A stretch of 64,000 nucleotides of DNA. It comes from a virus. Every line of letters starts with the position of its first letter. Position 1 is the stretch's first letter. Under the pieces are notes generated by a model. The model saw only the letters and a program-made list of their open reading frames with translations, was not told the DNA's origin and did no database searches. The DNA is taken from positions 8,865 through 72,864 of the IMG/VR virus record IMGVR_UViG_3300020401_001540; one strand, 5' to 3'. Shown piece after piece: positions 1-9,090 of the stretch. Made by a program: the position numbers and the translations under genes.

Positions 1-3
1 CCA

Positions 4-318
4 GTGTCAAAACGGCTTCCTGATGATGTAGTAAGATATTGGCCAGACGTACTTAAAGACATTGATATAAAAACTATACCCATAGACTACTTGAGCTCTA
101 TAAGGATAGAATACAAGAACGGAAAGATCTGGGAAGTTGATTGCAATGCCAAAAGAAGTACTGGAGCCAAGCTCGATAACTCCATAGCTGATTTGTTTAA
201 AAACTATGGGGACGACATCTTACACGTAGATTTCAGGCTTAATACACCCAAATTAAAGCGAGATATAGAAAAAAAGACTCGTGCTTTCTTCAAGAACCCT
301 ACTAAAAAGAAGAAGTAA
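4..318 (+). CDS. hypothetical phage protein (104 aa)
   Basis: Open frame with GTG start at the window edge and a basic C-terminus. No motif recognised. Confidence 0.6.
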   Translation: MSKRLPDDVVRYWPDVLKDIDIKTIPIDYLSSIRIEYKNGKIWEVDCNAKRSTGAKLDNSIADLFKNYGDDILHVDFRLNTPKLKRDIEKKTRAFFKNPTKKKK

Positions 319-335
319 ATAAATGTGTATTTGGC

Positions 336-342
336 ATAAATA
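336..342 (+). promoter_or_regulatory. T4-like late promoter core (ATAAATA)
   Basis: ATAAATA lies 27 nt upstream of the 370 ATG, with an AGGAG RBS in between. It resembles the T4 gp55 consensus TATAAATA. Confidence 0.6.
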
Positions 343-369
343 TATATAACAATGAATTAGGAGCATTAC

Positions 370-1482
370 ATGGGTACTTTACGTTTAAAACGAGGCACTA
401 AAACAGCTTTACAAACTACTCCAGGTTTTACACCAGCTGAAGGTGAACTTGTTTATACCACAGATAGTAAGGAAGTGTTTGTAGGAGATGGGATTACTCA
501 GGGTGGGGTTCCAGTATCTGTAAGCACACAAAATTTAGAAGATTTAGGCAACGTTCAAGCATTAGCGGCACAGAAAGATCAAATACTTGTATACAACGGA
601 TCTAACTGGGCGGCAACAGATAATCCTCAAATTGATTTAAGAGGTAACATTTATGCAGATGATTCGACGCTCCTAGTTGATGCAATAAATGGAAAAATAG
701 TTGCTCCAGTAGAAACAAGTTCAGTAACTGCCACAAACATTGTTGGTAACCTTGTTGGTGATGTCACAGGATCCGTTACAGGTAATGTGGTAGGAAATAC
801 AACAGGAACACACTTTGGTAATGTAACAGGCAACCTACTTGGCGATATGCTAGGTAGTGTATTTTCAGATGATTCAAGTGTAATGATAGATTCAGTTGGT
901 AAGAGAGTAGTTGCTAACATTGAATCTCCAAGCATTACAACCACTAAAGAAATTTCAGTAACAACGGGTGGTGATAACTCAGTTATACTTGCAACTGGTA
1001 TTGCAGGTGCAGGATCAACTGGTCCTAAACTAATTGTTAGAAGTTCTAATGGTACTACAGTGGCTCCAACAGTAAGTGTTGGTGGAACAACTGGTGATGG
1101 ACTTATGGACTTGCATGGTATGGGATATGATGGCACAGATTACAAATTAGCAGGTATGTTAAGGGTAGCGGTTGATCTTGATGCTACTGTATCAGCAAAC
1201 ACTGTTCCAGGAAGAATTAATCTTATTACAGCAAATAGTTCAGGTAACCTAATTAATCTTTTAACTTTTAATAGTTCAGGTAACTTAGGTATTGGATTAC
1301 CTAGACCATTAGAAAAGTTACATGTAAACGGAAATGCTAGAGCTACAGGATTTGTGCAATTTGGTTCTTTAACAACTACTGAACGTGATGCACTTACAGC
1401 CGCTAACGGTATGGTAATTTATAATTCAAGCACTAATAAATTTCAAGGTTACGAAAACGGTAACTGGGTCAATTTAGTTTAA
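370..1482 (+). CDS. virion fibre/structural protein with Mtd/hyaluronidase-like N-terminal domain
   Basis: N-terminus LRLKRGT..FTPAEGELVYTTDSKEVFVGDG, GNxxGDVTG 4-residue repeats, and C-terminal LTTTERDALTAANGMVIYNSSTNKFQGY, all typical of phage fibre proteins. Confidence 0.75.
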   Translation: MGTLRLKRGTKTALQTTPGFTPAEGELVYTTDSKEVFVGDGITQGGVPVSVSTQNLEDLGNVQALAAQKDQILVYNGSNWAATDNPQIDLRGNIYADDSTLLVDAINGKIVAPVETSSVTATNIVGNLVGDVTGSVTGNVVGNTTGTHFGNVTGNLLGDMLGSVFSDDSSVMIDSVGKRVVANIESPSITTTKEISVTTGGDNSVILATGIAGAGSTGPKLIVRSSNGTTVAPTVSVGGTTGDGLMDLHGMGYDGTDYKLAGMLRVAVDLDATVSANTVPGRINLITANSSGNLINLLTFNSSGNLGIGLPRPLEKLHVNGNARATGFVQFGSLTTTERDALTAANGMVIYNSSTNKFQGYENGNWVNLV

Positions 1483-2452
1483 ATTTAGTAATCATTATTT
1501 CATCAAGAGTAGTACAAACTTCTTTTCCGCATATAGTCCATTCTTCGTTGAATATACTTAAATCCTTTTCAAAAATATTACCCACAATTCCTGTGTTAGC
1601 ACAGGTTCCGTATTGCACATCTCCGTTGGCCTGAATAAGTATTTTCTTATTTGTAATAGCACACTTCCAGCCTTTAAACTTATTTGTTCTTTTTTGTAAG
1701 AAATCTACCGCATTGGTTTGTATTGTGTCGTCTACCGTAAAATTAAGATAGTCAGGCATCTTTTGATCGAGTGTTTCTATATATTCTAATTCTTCTTTAG
1801 TATAATAATTCAAATCACCATTATCTAATCTTTGATGGTAACCTTTTAAATTTCTACTAGATTGATAAGTTTGATTTGTTACTTTAGTCTTTTTGTTATA
1901 TAAAGGATTAACAGGAATCTTTACAATAGGTGTTTCTTTAAGTTTCTTTTCTAATTCGAATATTTTATCAAACAAACCTTGTGCTAACATTGCTCTTACT
2001 TCAACATTGCCTCCATTGGTTTTAATCATGTTTACAAATTCTACTATTTTATTAATGTCTGCACTTTCAGGATGAAAACTAATCTTGATATTAATGTTTT
2101 TAAAAGATTCTTTACTGTAATCATATATACGTAATGGTAAACTGCCATTTGTAAATATACCAACACGCATTCCATTTTCGCCCATATAGTTAAACCACTT
2201 ATGTACGTCCTTGATTAAGAAAGGTTCTCCGCCTGTGATGTATACTAGGATAGACTTGTTTGCTGGTACTGAGTCTCTTATTTTTTTAGATGCTTTTATT
2301 AAATCATCTATTTTAGGTAGCTTAGACTTTACAATAGGTAAATGATTGCTAGGTTCACAATAACTGCAATCGTAATTACACATATCTGTAGGGCGCCAAT
2401 GTACAATATAATCTTCGTACCAATCAGATTTTTCTATCTTTGATATACTCAT
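1469..2452 (-). CDS. radical SAM protein with C-terminal SPASM/twitch-like Cys cluster
   Basis: CNYDCSYC (CxxxCxxC), TGGEP, TNGS, and C-terminal cysteines (WKC...GTC...IC...VC). Confidence 0.9.
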   Translation of the reverse strand: MSISKIEKSDWYEDYIVHWRPTDMCNYDCSYCEPSNHLPIVKSKLPKIDDLIKASKKIRDSVPANKSILVYITGGEPFLIKDVHKWFNYMGENGMRVGIFTNGSLPLRIYDYSKESFKNINIKISFHPESADINKIVEFVNMIKTNGGNVEVRAMLAQGLFDKIFELEKKLKETPIVKIPVNPLYNKKTKVTNQTYQSSRNLKGYHQRLDNGDLNYYTKEELEYIETLDQKMPDYLNFTVDDTIQTNAVDFLQKRTNKFKGWKCAITNKKILIQANGDVQYGTCANTGIVGNIFEKDLSIFNEEWTICGKEVCTTLDEIMITKFKLN

Positions 2453-3605
2453 TGTACAGATCTTTCCTGTTTATTTTTCCTTGACCTTTTCTCTTGATTT
2501 CATCTACTGAAAATATTTTTGGTATTTTATACCTTACTAGTTTGCTTTTCAATTTTTCTAAATCTACTTTACCTACTACTTCTGCATATACTCTATCATA
2601 TCCAAATACTACTGCATCTTTGGCTCCACATTGTAACAGTGCCTTTTCTACTTCGTAAGGCATAATTTTCCAACCACCCTTGATTATTGTTTCTTTTTTC
2701 CTACCAGTAATGAATAGATATCCGTCTTTGTCTATGTGTCCTATGTCTCCCGTAGCAAATCCGTTTACAATTATTTCATTATCGTCTTCAAATTTAATAT
2801 CAATTTTATCCAACACAAATCCTACACTATTGTATTTTTGCGGATAGTGCATAATGCTAATAGTTCCTATTTCATTTATGCCATAACTATCAGTTGTAAT
2901 GCAATTAAAATATTGTTGAGCTTTTATTTTAAAGTCTTTATACATTGGTGCACCAACGGTTCTTATATGTCTTATAGTCATATTTTCGTAAGGCACATCG
3001 GTCTCCATCATTCCATTTAAGACATTAGGACTTCCTATAATAAATGTTGGATTTACTTTTGGCCAGTCTTTCCAAGGATTGTTAAGAACATGATAGGTTG
3101 CTCCGTACTTGTAACAAGCAGAAAATGTTTGAAACCCTATACATACCCATAGAGGAATAAAGTTAACAGTGCTGTCTTTATTGCACAAATTTGCATGTAT
3201 TTGTATGTTATTATCTAAACCGTCTACTTCATATTGTTGTTTAGTAATTGGTACTATTCTTGGTTTGTCGGTACTACCGCTAGAACATATTCCTACCACT
3301 TCATCTTTCGCACACTGATTAAATTTAGGTTCTGGTAAAGTGTCATTCCATATATCAATATCATAAAAATCTAATTCAAAGGTTTTAGAATCTTTATCTA
3401 TTATTACCGGACTGCAAACCTTCATAGCACCAAATATCTTAAAAATATTTTTCCAATCACTATAAATGCCTATACGACAAGTTTTATCGTATCCCGCCTC
3501 TATTAGTTGATTAGTATATTCTTGAGCCAGCTTATCGAATTCTTGTTTGGTATAAGATTTTCCGCCCTCAAACTTTAGTATTATACTCACGTATTTCCTC
3601 TTCAA
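2424..3605 (-). CDS. adenylate-forming enzyme (acyl-CoA ligase/AMP-binding family), compact
   Basis: SSGSTDKP (A3), YGINE (A5), ATGDIG..DKDGYLFITGRKK (A7/A8) and GKINR (A10). The true start may be the GTG at 3590. Confidence 0.85.
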   Translation of the reverse strand: MKRKYVSIILKFEGGKSYTKQEFDKLAQEYTNQLIEAGYDKTCRIGIYSDWKNIFKIFGAMKVCSPVIIDKDSKTFELDFYDIDIWNDTLPEPKFNQCAKDEVVGICSSGSTDKPRIVPITKQQYEVDGLDNNIQIHANLCNKDSTVNFIPLWVCIGFQTFSACYKYGATYHVLNNPWKDWPKVNPTFIIGSPNVLNGMMETDVPYENMTIRHIRTVGAPMYKDFKIKAQQYFNCITTDSYGINEIGTISIMHYPQKYNSVGFVLDKIDIKFEDDNEIIVNGFATGDIGHIDKDGYLFITGRKKETIIKGGWKIMPYEVEKALLQCGAKDAVVFGYDRVYAEVVGKVDLEKLKSKLVRYKIPKIFSVDEIKRKGQGKINRKDLYNEYIKDRKI

Positions 3606-4254
3606 TCATGTTTAGGTATTGTAATCTATATTCATTATGCGATTTCAATGTCGTAGGTTGTGTCCTGTAACCATAACGTTCACCCAAATATTTATGATTA
3701 GGTTTAAGTTGATCAAACTCTTGTTGACTCATTACTTTTCCTATGTTACCATATCTAACCATATGAAAAGATCTATCAATATCGCTTACCATAAATGCAT
3801 GATGTACTCCAGGTAATTCATAATGTTTGGAAGGTGGATGCTTTAACATGTCTCTAAAAATTTTATACTTGTTTTGTCCATTATCTTCTGTACCAGCTAT
3901 TACCACTGCATTTCTATAATCTACATCAAGCATGAATTTTGCAATAGCAATACAGCCAGGATAAAATAGATAATTTTTCAAAAACTTTTTGTGATGAACA
4001 ATACCTAAAAATGCACCTAAACTAAATCCTATATGTATAAGATCACCTTCAGGAAAGTTTACATTAAACATTTCACTAAATGTGCAATCATGATCATCTT
4101 GGCGATGACTGTCACTCCACCATAGGTTTGTAATTCCGTGTGGTGTAAAGTAATCGATAAGATGTACTTCATAACCTTTGTCTTTGAAAAAATCATGGGT
4201 GAAGGTTTCGGCTGTGCCTATACCTCCACTACCATGTGATATAACTATTTTCAT
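3568..4254 (-). CDS. dienelactone hydrolase-like alpha/beta hydrolase
   Basis: HGSGG, nucleophile elbow GFSLG, GTED, and HHAF catalytic His. Confidence 0.8.
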   Translation of the reverse strand: MKIVISHGSGGIGTAETFTHDFFKDKGYEVHLIDYFTPHGITNLWWSDSHRQDDHDCTFSEMFNVNFPEGDLIHIGFSLGAFLGIVHHKKFLKNYLFYPGCIAIAKFMLDVDYRNAVVIAGTEDNGQNKYKIFRDMLKHPPSKHYELPGVHHAFMVSDIDRSFHMVRYGNIGKVMSQQEFDQLKPNHKYLGERYGYRTQPTTLKSHNEYRLQYLNMIEEEIREYNTKV

Positions 4255-5294
4255 TTTAAGCCAAGTTCGATCTTGAATACACTTTTCAAACCAAGTGCTT
4301 GTGTATTAAATGTTACAAGATCTTCTAGTGCTTCTACAGTTACAAATGTCATAAGTGTATCTCTATGATTATTACCTGCCTCACCAATTTTCCATTCGTA
4401 CTTGCCTACTTTCTTTTCGATGATAGCTCTGCTATCAGGATTATTTGACATAGCTGTTAAAGCATCTTGTAATTTTTCTGCATTAGGATTTCCTTGATTT
4501 ACCCATAGTGCTTTCTGCATTCCATCTCTAAATGACTTCACTAACTTATAAGCATTATAAAAATCACCACTTGGCTTTTGTCCCCAAAGCTGTTCAAATA
4601 ATACTTCGAATTGATAACCTGGATAGTTTGGATCATCTGCGTGACTTCCGTCAGCCTGTAGTATACCATGATGAAACCATATCACTGCATTTTCATCTGG
4701 CTCAACATGTTTTTTGTAAGCCGCAGGATTTTCTCTAGTTCCTGTTAACTCACCACGTTTAAATGCAAGACGTCTTTCACTACCGCTCATACCCTTGATC
4801 CATTTCACATTTTTCTTAAAGCAGGCAATATATTCGTCCATGCCTTTGTCAGGTCCACATATCAACATTGTCATTGCGTATGCTTCTGGTGTTTGTCCAC
4901 TACCAGCCGCAAAGCTAGGAGTTGTCATATCTTCACCAACACGTTTTCCTGCAATGATGTTAAGATTCATAAGACCAATACTTTCGTATTGACGATAATC
5001 ATAATCAACTTCTTCTTGTAAAAAGGCAACACCATTACCGCCGTGTGATACCATAATCACTTTGTCATCATTCCGCATTTCATTATGCCATTTGTTAAAT
5101 CCCGGAATATCTCTTGCTCCGGGGATATGTTTGATCTTAATGTTTTCTCCTAGATACTTTTCAAGTTCTTTAGCAACAATCTCTGCCCAGACACTTGTGC
5201 CGCCACCTGGCTTTTGGGGTACTACCATTGTATAATCTGCATGTGCAACTGTAGTAAACATTGCAAATACAAGTCCTAATAATAATTTACGCAT
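4251..5294 (-). CDS. tctC: tripartite tricarboxylate transporter substrate-binding protein (TctC/Bug)
   Basis: Signal peptide ending AHA, then the VVPQKPGGGTSVWA Bug motif. Adjacent to tctA. Confidence 0.8.
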   Translation of the reverse strand: MRKLLLGLVFAMFTTVAHADYTMVVPQKPGGGTSVWAEIVAKELEKYLGENIKIKHIPGARDIPGFNKWHNEMRNDDKVIMVSHGGNGVAFLQEEVDYDYRQYESIGLMNLNIIAGKRVGEDMTTPSFAAGSGQTPEAYAMTMLICGPDKGMDEYIACFKKNVKWIKGMSGSERRLAFKRGELTGTRENPAAYKKHVEPDENAVIWFHHGILQADGSHADDPNYPGYQFEVLFEQLWGQKPSGDFYNAYKLVKSFRDGMQKALWVNQGNPNAEKLQDALTAMSNNPDSRAIIEKKVGKYEWKIGEAGNNHRDTLMTFVTVEALEDLVTFNTQALGLKSVFKIELGLK

Positions 5295-6720
5295 AGTTTA
5301 TTTTCCTTTTTGATGTCAATCCCCATAAAAGTGTAACAGCTATTGTAACACACAAACCGAGGAATATTGGTTTGTCTAGCAGTTTATCTACCGTATAAAG
5401 TCCAGTCATTTGTACTGTGAGTGCTTCTATTCTATCTGCTAGAATAAATGCAAATAGCAGTGCTGGTCTGCTAAATTTGTATCGTTTTGCCAGTAGTCCT
5501 ACAATACTACAAATGGCAAGCATGAAATAATCTTCCCAACCGCCTGTATATTGGACACATGCCAAAATAATAAATCCAAGCAAAATTGGAAAGTAATACT
5601 TGTAAGGTATCTGTGCTATCTTCGCTATATATGGCGTCGTAAACAAGCATAGAGCGCCTACTAGCACGGTTGCAAGCATAAACCCGTACAACATACTATC
5701 AAAGAATTTAGAGTCATTTGCAAGCTCTAAAGTGCCCAATTCAAAATCCAAATATGCAAATAATCCAATTACAATAGCGGCAAAACTTGCACCAGGTATT
5801 CCAAATAAAACTGTCGGAATCATCGAAGTTGCTTTCTGTGCATTATTGGCTCCTTCAGGTCCAATCACTCCTTTAATATTTCCTTCACCAAATTTGTCTT
5901 TTGGATGGCTAGCTACTGTTGAACTATATGCCATCCAGTCTGCAACTGCTCCACCTAACCCAGGAAGCAGTCCTATAAATGCTCCTATAAATCCACCTCT
6001 GATAGCGTCCCATTTATTTTTCCATACAGCAAGTATTCCTTCTTTGGTTTGTTTACCATTACCAAGTGCCACCATGCTGGTATTTGTTCTTTGTTTTAAT
6101 CCTGATAATAATTCTGGTATAGCAAAAAGTCCTGCAACAAGTGGCATCAGTTGGACACCGTCACCTAGATATTCCCAACCGCCTGTCCACCTATCTGCAT
6201 TGGTGCTAGGATCAACTCCTATAAGTCCTACAAATAATCCTATACATAAAGCTAACAAACTTCTAAACCAAAACTTATTTGTTACAAAAGTTACACACAC
6301 AAGAGCTAACATTGTGAACGCCCATAATTCAGGTACTCCGAATATCATAATCAATTGTGTGTAGTAAGGCAATAGGAAAAATGTCAAAGATCCCCATATA
6401 AGCCCATTCAGTGTACTTGTGGTTACTGCTGAACTAATTGCATAAGTTGCCTGCCCTTTAAGTGCTAATGGAAAGCCATCTATCATTGTTGCCGCCGCAC
6501 TATTAGCACCGGGTATACCTAGCAACACTCCTGTATACGTATCTCCTGTAGTGCTTGCCGCTACCACTGCCATAACAAATATAACTGCCAAATAAGGATC
6601 TGGAAATAATGTTATAAAAGAGAATACAAAAATTAAACCCGTAGTTGCTCCTGCGCCTGGCAGTATACCAATTATCAGACCGTAAAATGTTCCTGCTAGT
6701 AATGCCAATACTGAAGCCAT
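5287..6720 (-). CDS. tctA: tripartite tricarboxylate transporter permease TctA
   Basis: Highly hydrophobic, with GILPGAG, GIPGANSAAATMIDGFPLA, GLLPGLGG and GPEGANNA motifs characteristic of TctA. Confidence 0.92.
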   Translation of the reverse strand: MASVLALLAGTFYGLIIGILPGAGATTGLIFVFSFITLFPDPYLAVIFVMAVVAASTTGDTYTGVLLGIPGANSAAATMIDGFPLALKGQATYAISSAVTTSTLNGLIWGSLTFFLLPYYTQLIMIFGVPELWAFTMLALVCVTFVTNKFWFRSLLALCIGLFVGLIGVDPSTNADRWTGGWEYLGDGVQLMPLVAGLFAIPELLSGLKQRTNTSMVALGNGKQTKEGILAVWKNKWDAIRGGFIGAFIGLLPGLGGAVADWMAYSSTVASHPKDKFGEGNIKGVIGPEGANNAQKATSMIPTVLFGIPGASFAAIVIGLFAYLDFELGTLELANDSKFFDSMLYGFMLATVLVGALCLFTTPYIAKIAQIPYKYYFPILLGFIILACVQYTGGWEDYFMLAICSIVGLLAKRYKFSRPALLFAFILADRIEALTVQMTGLYTVDKLLDKPIFLGLCVTIAVTLLWGLTSKRKINYA

Positions 6721-6736
6721 GCTATTTTCCTTCTAT

Positions 6737-6748
6737 ATAATTAATTAT
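6737..6748. promoter_or_regulatory. perfect palindrome ATAATTAATTAT in a divergent intergenic region (possible bidirectional late promoter or operator)
   Basis: 12-bp perfect palindrome between divergent tctA and the 6797 ORF. It contains TAATTA, a one-mismatch variant of TAAATA, on both strands. Confidence 0.35.
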
Positions 6749-6761
6749 GTAACAAATGTAC

Positions 6762-6799
6762 TTTTTTTAAAGAAAGTGGATTTTTTTTGAAAGAAAGTG
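6762..6799 (+). repeat. short imperfect tandem repeat T7-8(G)AAAGAAAGTG x2
   Basis: 6762-6778 TTTTTTTAAAGAAAGTG and 6781-6799 TTTTTTTTGAAAGAAAGTG. Confidence 0.6.
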
Positions 6800-7534
6800 A
6801 AAAAAATTATGAATACACGAATTTTTTCGTTAGTAATGGAAAATTTACAGCATACATTTAGCTTGCCTAAATACGCTGATTTACAGATAGATAAACAAAG
6901 CATCATTGATGACTTACCCTTTACTCCTGCACGTAAAGAAAAATTTTGCCAGAGTATAATGAATGAATTAGATATAGATTACTTAGATTTAACAGGTACA
7001 ATAGAAGAATTTGTGCAATCTTTAGATACTTTTTATATGAAAAGATTCTTTGGAGAAATTTGGAAACCAAATACAGATGAGCATACCTATAGTGGTTGGA
7101 GTATAGTTGACAGAATAAATGAACGCAATCCAAAAAATGTTCTTGACTTTGGGTGTGGTTACAATCAATTTAAACCACGAATAAAAAATTTAACTGGTAT
7201 TGATCCGTTTAATGAAAATGCAGACTACATGGTTGACATTTTAGATTTCAATGTAGATGAAAAATACGACCACATGATTGTATTTGGCAGTCTAAACTTT
7301 GGTGATGAAAACGATATAAGATTACGTTTCAAAAAATTATATTCCCTACTAGCAACAGGTGGTAGAATGTATTTTAGAGTCAATCCAGGAATACTTTGGC
7401 CTAAAGGTCCTTATGTAGATATCTTTCCGTGGAGTTTTGAATTTGCATACGCCCTTGCAAAAGAACATAATTGTAAATTAGAACAATACAAAAAAGATCG
7501 AAAACGCTTTTACTTTGAAATCTTAAAGATGTGA
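6797..7534 (+). CDS. class I SAM-dependent methyltransferase with N-terminal degenerate acyl-carrier-like domain
   Basis: VLDFGCG motif I, GIDP, and YDHMIVFGSLNF. The N-terminal ~80 aa follow the ACP helix pattern. Likely start is the ATG at 6809. Confidence 0.75.
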   Translation: MKKIMNTRIFSLVMENLQHTFSLPKYADLQIDKQSIIDDLPFTPARKEKFCQSIMNELDIDYLDLTGTIEEFVQSLDTFYMKRFFGEIWKPNTDEHTYSGWSIVDRINERNPKNVLDFGCGYNQFKPRIKNLTGIDPFNENADYMVDILDFNVDEKYDHMIVFGSLNFGDENDIRLRFKKLYSLLATGGRMYFRVNPGILWPKGPYVDIFPWSFEFAYALAKEHNCKLEQYKKDRKRFYFEILKM

Positions 7535-8275
7535 TCTATTTTCAAATAATACTTTACACTTATCATAATTTTCTTTATTAACAATTAGTCCTAATTTTTT
7601 ACACATCTCTTCATATACATCAAATTTCAACACATCATTTATTTCTGTAATAATAACATCTTTATCTGTTGAATGTGTTTTATAGTTTTTTATTTGATTT
7701 TCAAACTCGTTTACTAATACTTGCTTCATTGTTATGCCTTGCTGTTTAGCTTTGTCTTCATATAAATCTTTGTAAAGATATTCCTTATTTTTAGGATCAA
7801 CAAAATAATAGTAACTACTACGCATCCATCTTTCAATTAATAAATCAATGTCATTTGGAATAACCACTACATATTGAGCAGGATCAAAAAACTTTTTTGT
7901 CTCATCTAGATTATCGTGTAAAGTATAAATGAAATGATTAGGATATAATTTTTTCTTCCAGGCTTGTATATCATTTGGTGTTGTGTTTATTCCTCTTGAA
8001 CGGGCAAAACTCAAGACTGGTGGTATTGTATATTCAGGATCTAACCCTTTAGGCTTTGCTCCCTTGAATCTCTTGTTGAAATGCATTTTACTGAAATCTT
8101 TATCTTTACCCATATAAGGTAACCATGGATGTTCATTGTTTTGTTCATGATCGTACCATGCAACATTATCGCAACAAGCTATCATACGTCCTAGCATGTG
8201 TCCTCCACTGCCTTGCGGAAAATTTAATGTAATACAATTACTTTCTACCATAATACCAATAGCATCCGTTTTCAA
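7523..8275 (-). CDS. hypothetical protein, possible sulfotransferase/P-loop-like fold
   Basis: N-terminal LNFPQGSGGHMLGRMI resembles the 5'-PSB loop of sulfotransferase-like phage proteins. Weak evidence. Confidence 0.4.
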   Translation of the reverse strand: MKTDAIGIMVESNCITLNFPQGSGGHMLGRMIACCDNVAWYDHEQNNEHPWLPYMGKDKDFSKMHFNKRFKGAKPKGLDPEYTIPPVLSFARSRGINTTPNDIQAWKKKLYPNHFIYTLHDNLDETKKFFDPAQYVVVIPNDIDLLIERWMRSSYYYFVDPKNKEYLYKDLYEDKAKQQGITMKQVLVNEFENQIKNYKTHSTDKDVIITEINDVLKFDVYEEMCKKLGLIVNKENYDKCKVLFENRSHL

Positions 8276-8918
8276 ATTTTACAATATCACCTGTGGCAAA
8301 CCAATCATCATATACACAGATTTTACCTTTTACAAAAAGTTCTTTTCTTATAATTTTAACCTCACAAAAAGTTGTATCTCCAATTATTGTGTGTAAAGGT
8401 AAATCATAAGCCTCAGGATCTTGTTCTGTATAAGTTTTGTTTATTGCCATAGGTCCTATTTCACTCATTCCCCAATTAGCAATAAATGTTGCTCCTTTTG
8501 CTACATATCTATTAATGCATTCTGCAGGTACTCTATCACTACCACAAGCAATAATTTTATCTTTTAAATCTAGATTATTCCAACCTTTTGTTTTTGTGAT
8601 AGCAAGTGCCATACCCGGTGTAAGATGACTATGTGTAAAATGTTTTATCTTGCTAACCCAACTAAAAGGATTAAATTGTTCAATGTGTATTTCTGCATCA
8701 ATTTCTAAAGCTGGCAATGTTTGTGCAAATAAACCACCTGCATGGTCTAATTTACACACGGTATAAATTTTACTGGTTCTTGTAATTTTTTGAACATCAC
8801 GTGCGGCTTGATTTGCATGTTTTATTTTATCAGGGCTTTGATAAATTTGCTTTGCTGGTCCTGTTGTACCACTAGAACTAATACTAGTTCCGTTTTTTAA
8901 AATGTTTTTCAGTTCCAT
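8238..8918 (-). CDS. minimal AMP-binding (adenylation) domain protein
   Basis: SSSGTTGPAK, WGMSE, WFATGDIV...YGRK. The protein ends at the hinge, with no C-terminal subdomain. Confidence 0.8.
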   Translation of the reverse strand: MELKNILKNGTSISSSGTTGPAKQIYQSPDKIKHANQAARDVQKITRTSKIYTVCKLDHAGGLFAQTLPALEIDAEIHIEQFNPFSWVSKIKHFTHSHLTPGMALAITKTKGWNNLDLKDKIIACGSDRVPAECINRYVAKGATFIANWGMSEIGPMAINKTYTEQDPEAYDLPLHTIIGDTTFCEVKIIRKELFVKGKICVYDDWFATGDIVKFENGCYWYYGRK

Positions 8919-9090
8919 CAGTGATCTTCTTAGCTAATTTGTAAGGTGTAAAAGCAAATAAAAAAGGAAATATGGCATGTATTGTACCAGTTATAAAGAC
9001 TAACAAAGCTAGTATGTTAAAGTACATAGCATAAAAGAAGTGTTTAAAATAATTAGATTTTACTTTTTTAAGATGATTCCATTCTATCAT
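8884..9090 (-). CDS. small membrane protein, DUF6356-like
   Basis: HL...YFKHF..AM...IHAIFPFLF pattern. The ATG at 9090 overlaps the halogenase stop (ATGA). Confidence 0.6.
   Translation of the reverse strand: MIEWNHLKKVKSNYFKHFFYAMYFNILALLVFITGTIHAIFPFLFAFTPYKLAKKITDGTEKHFKKRN

Noticed and set aside
651-1136. Antisense ORFs of 60-210 aa over long genes (e.g. 651-1136, 5732-6364, 28792-29811, 56860-57339, 61942-62358)
   Set aside because: They are fully nested opposite well-supported genes and have shadow-frame composition with no motifs.
370-1482. Diversity-generating retroelement suggested by the Mtd-like N-terminus
   Set aside because: No reverse transcriptase, no C-type lectin variable region and no TR/VR repeat pair were seen in the window.
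4251-6720. Host chromosomal contamination or prophage boundary at tctA/tctC
   Set aside because: The genes are translationally coupled to phage-type enzyme genes, flanked on both sides by virion genes and similarly AT-rich, and no integrase or att site was seen. A read-level check is still advisable.
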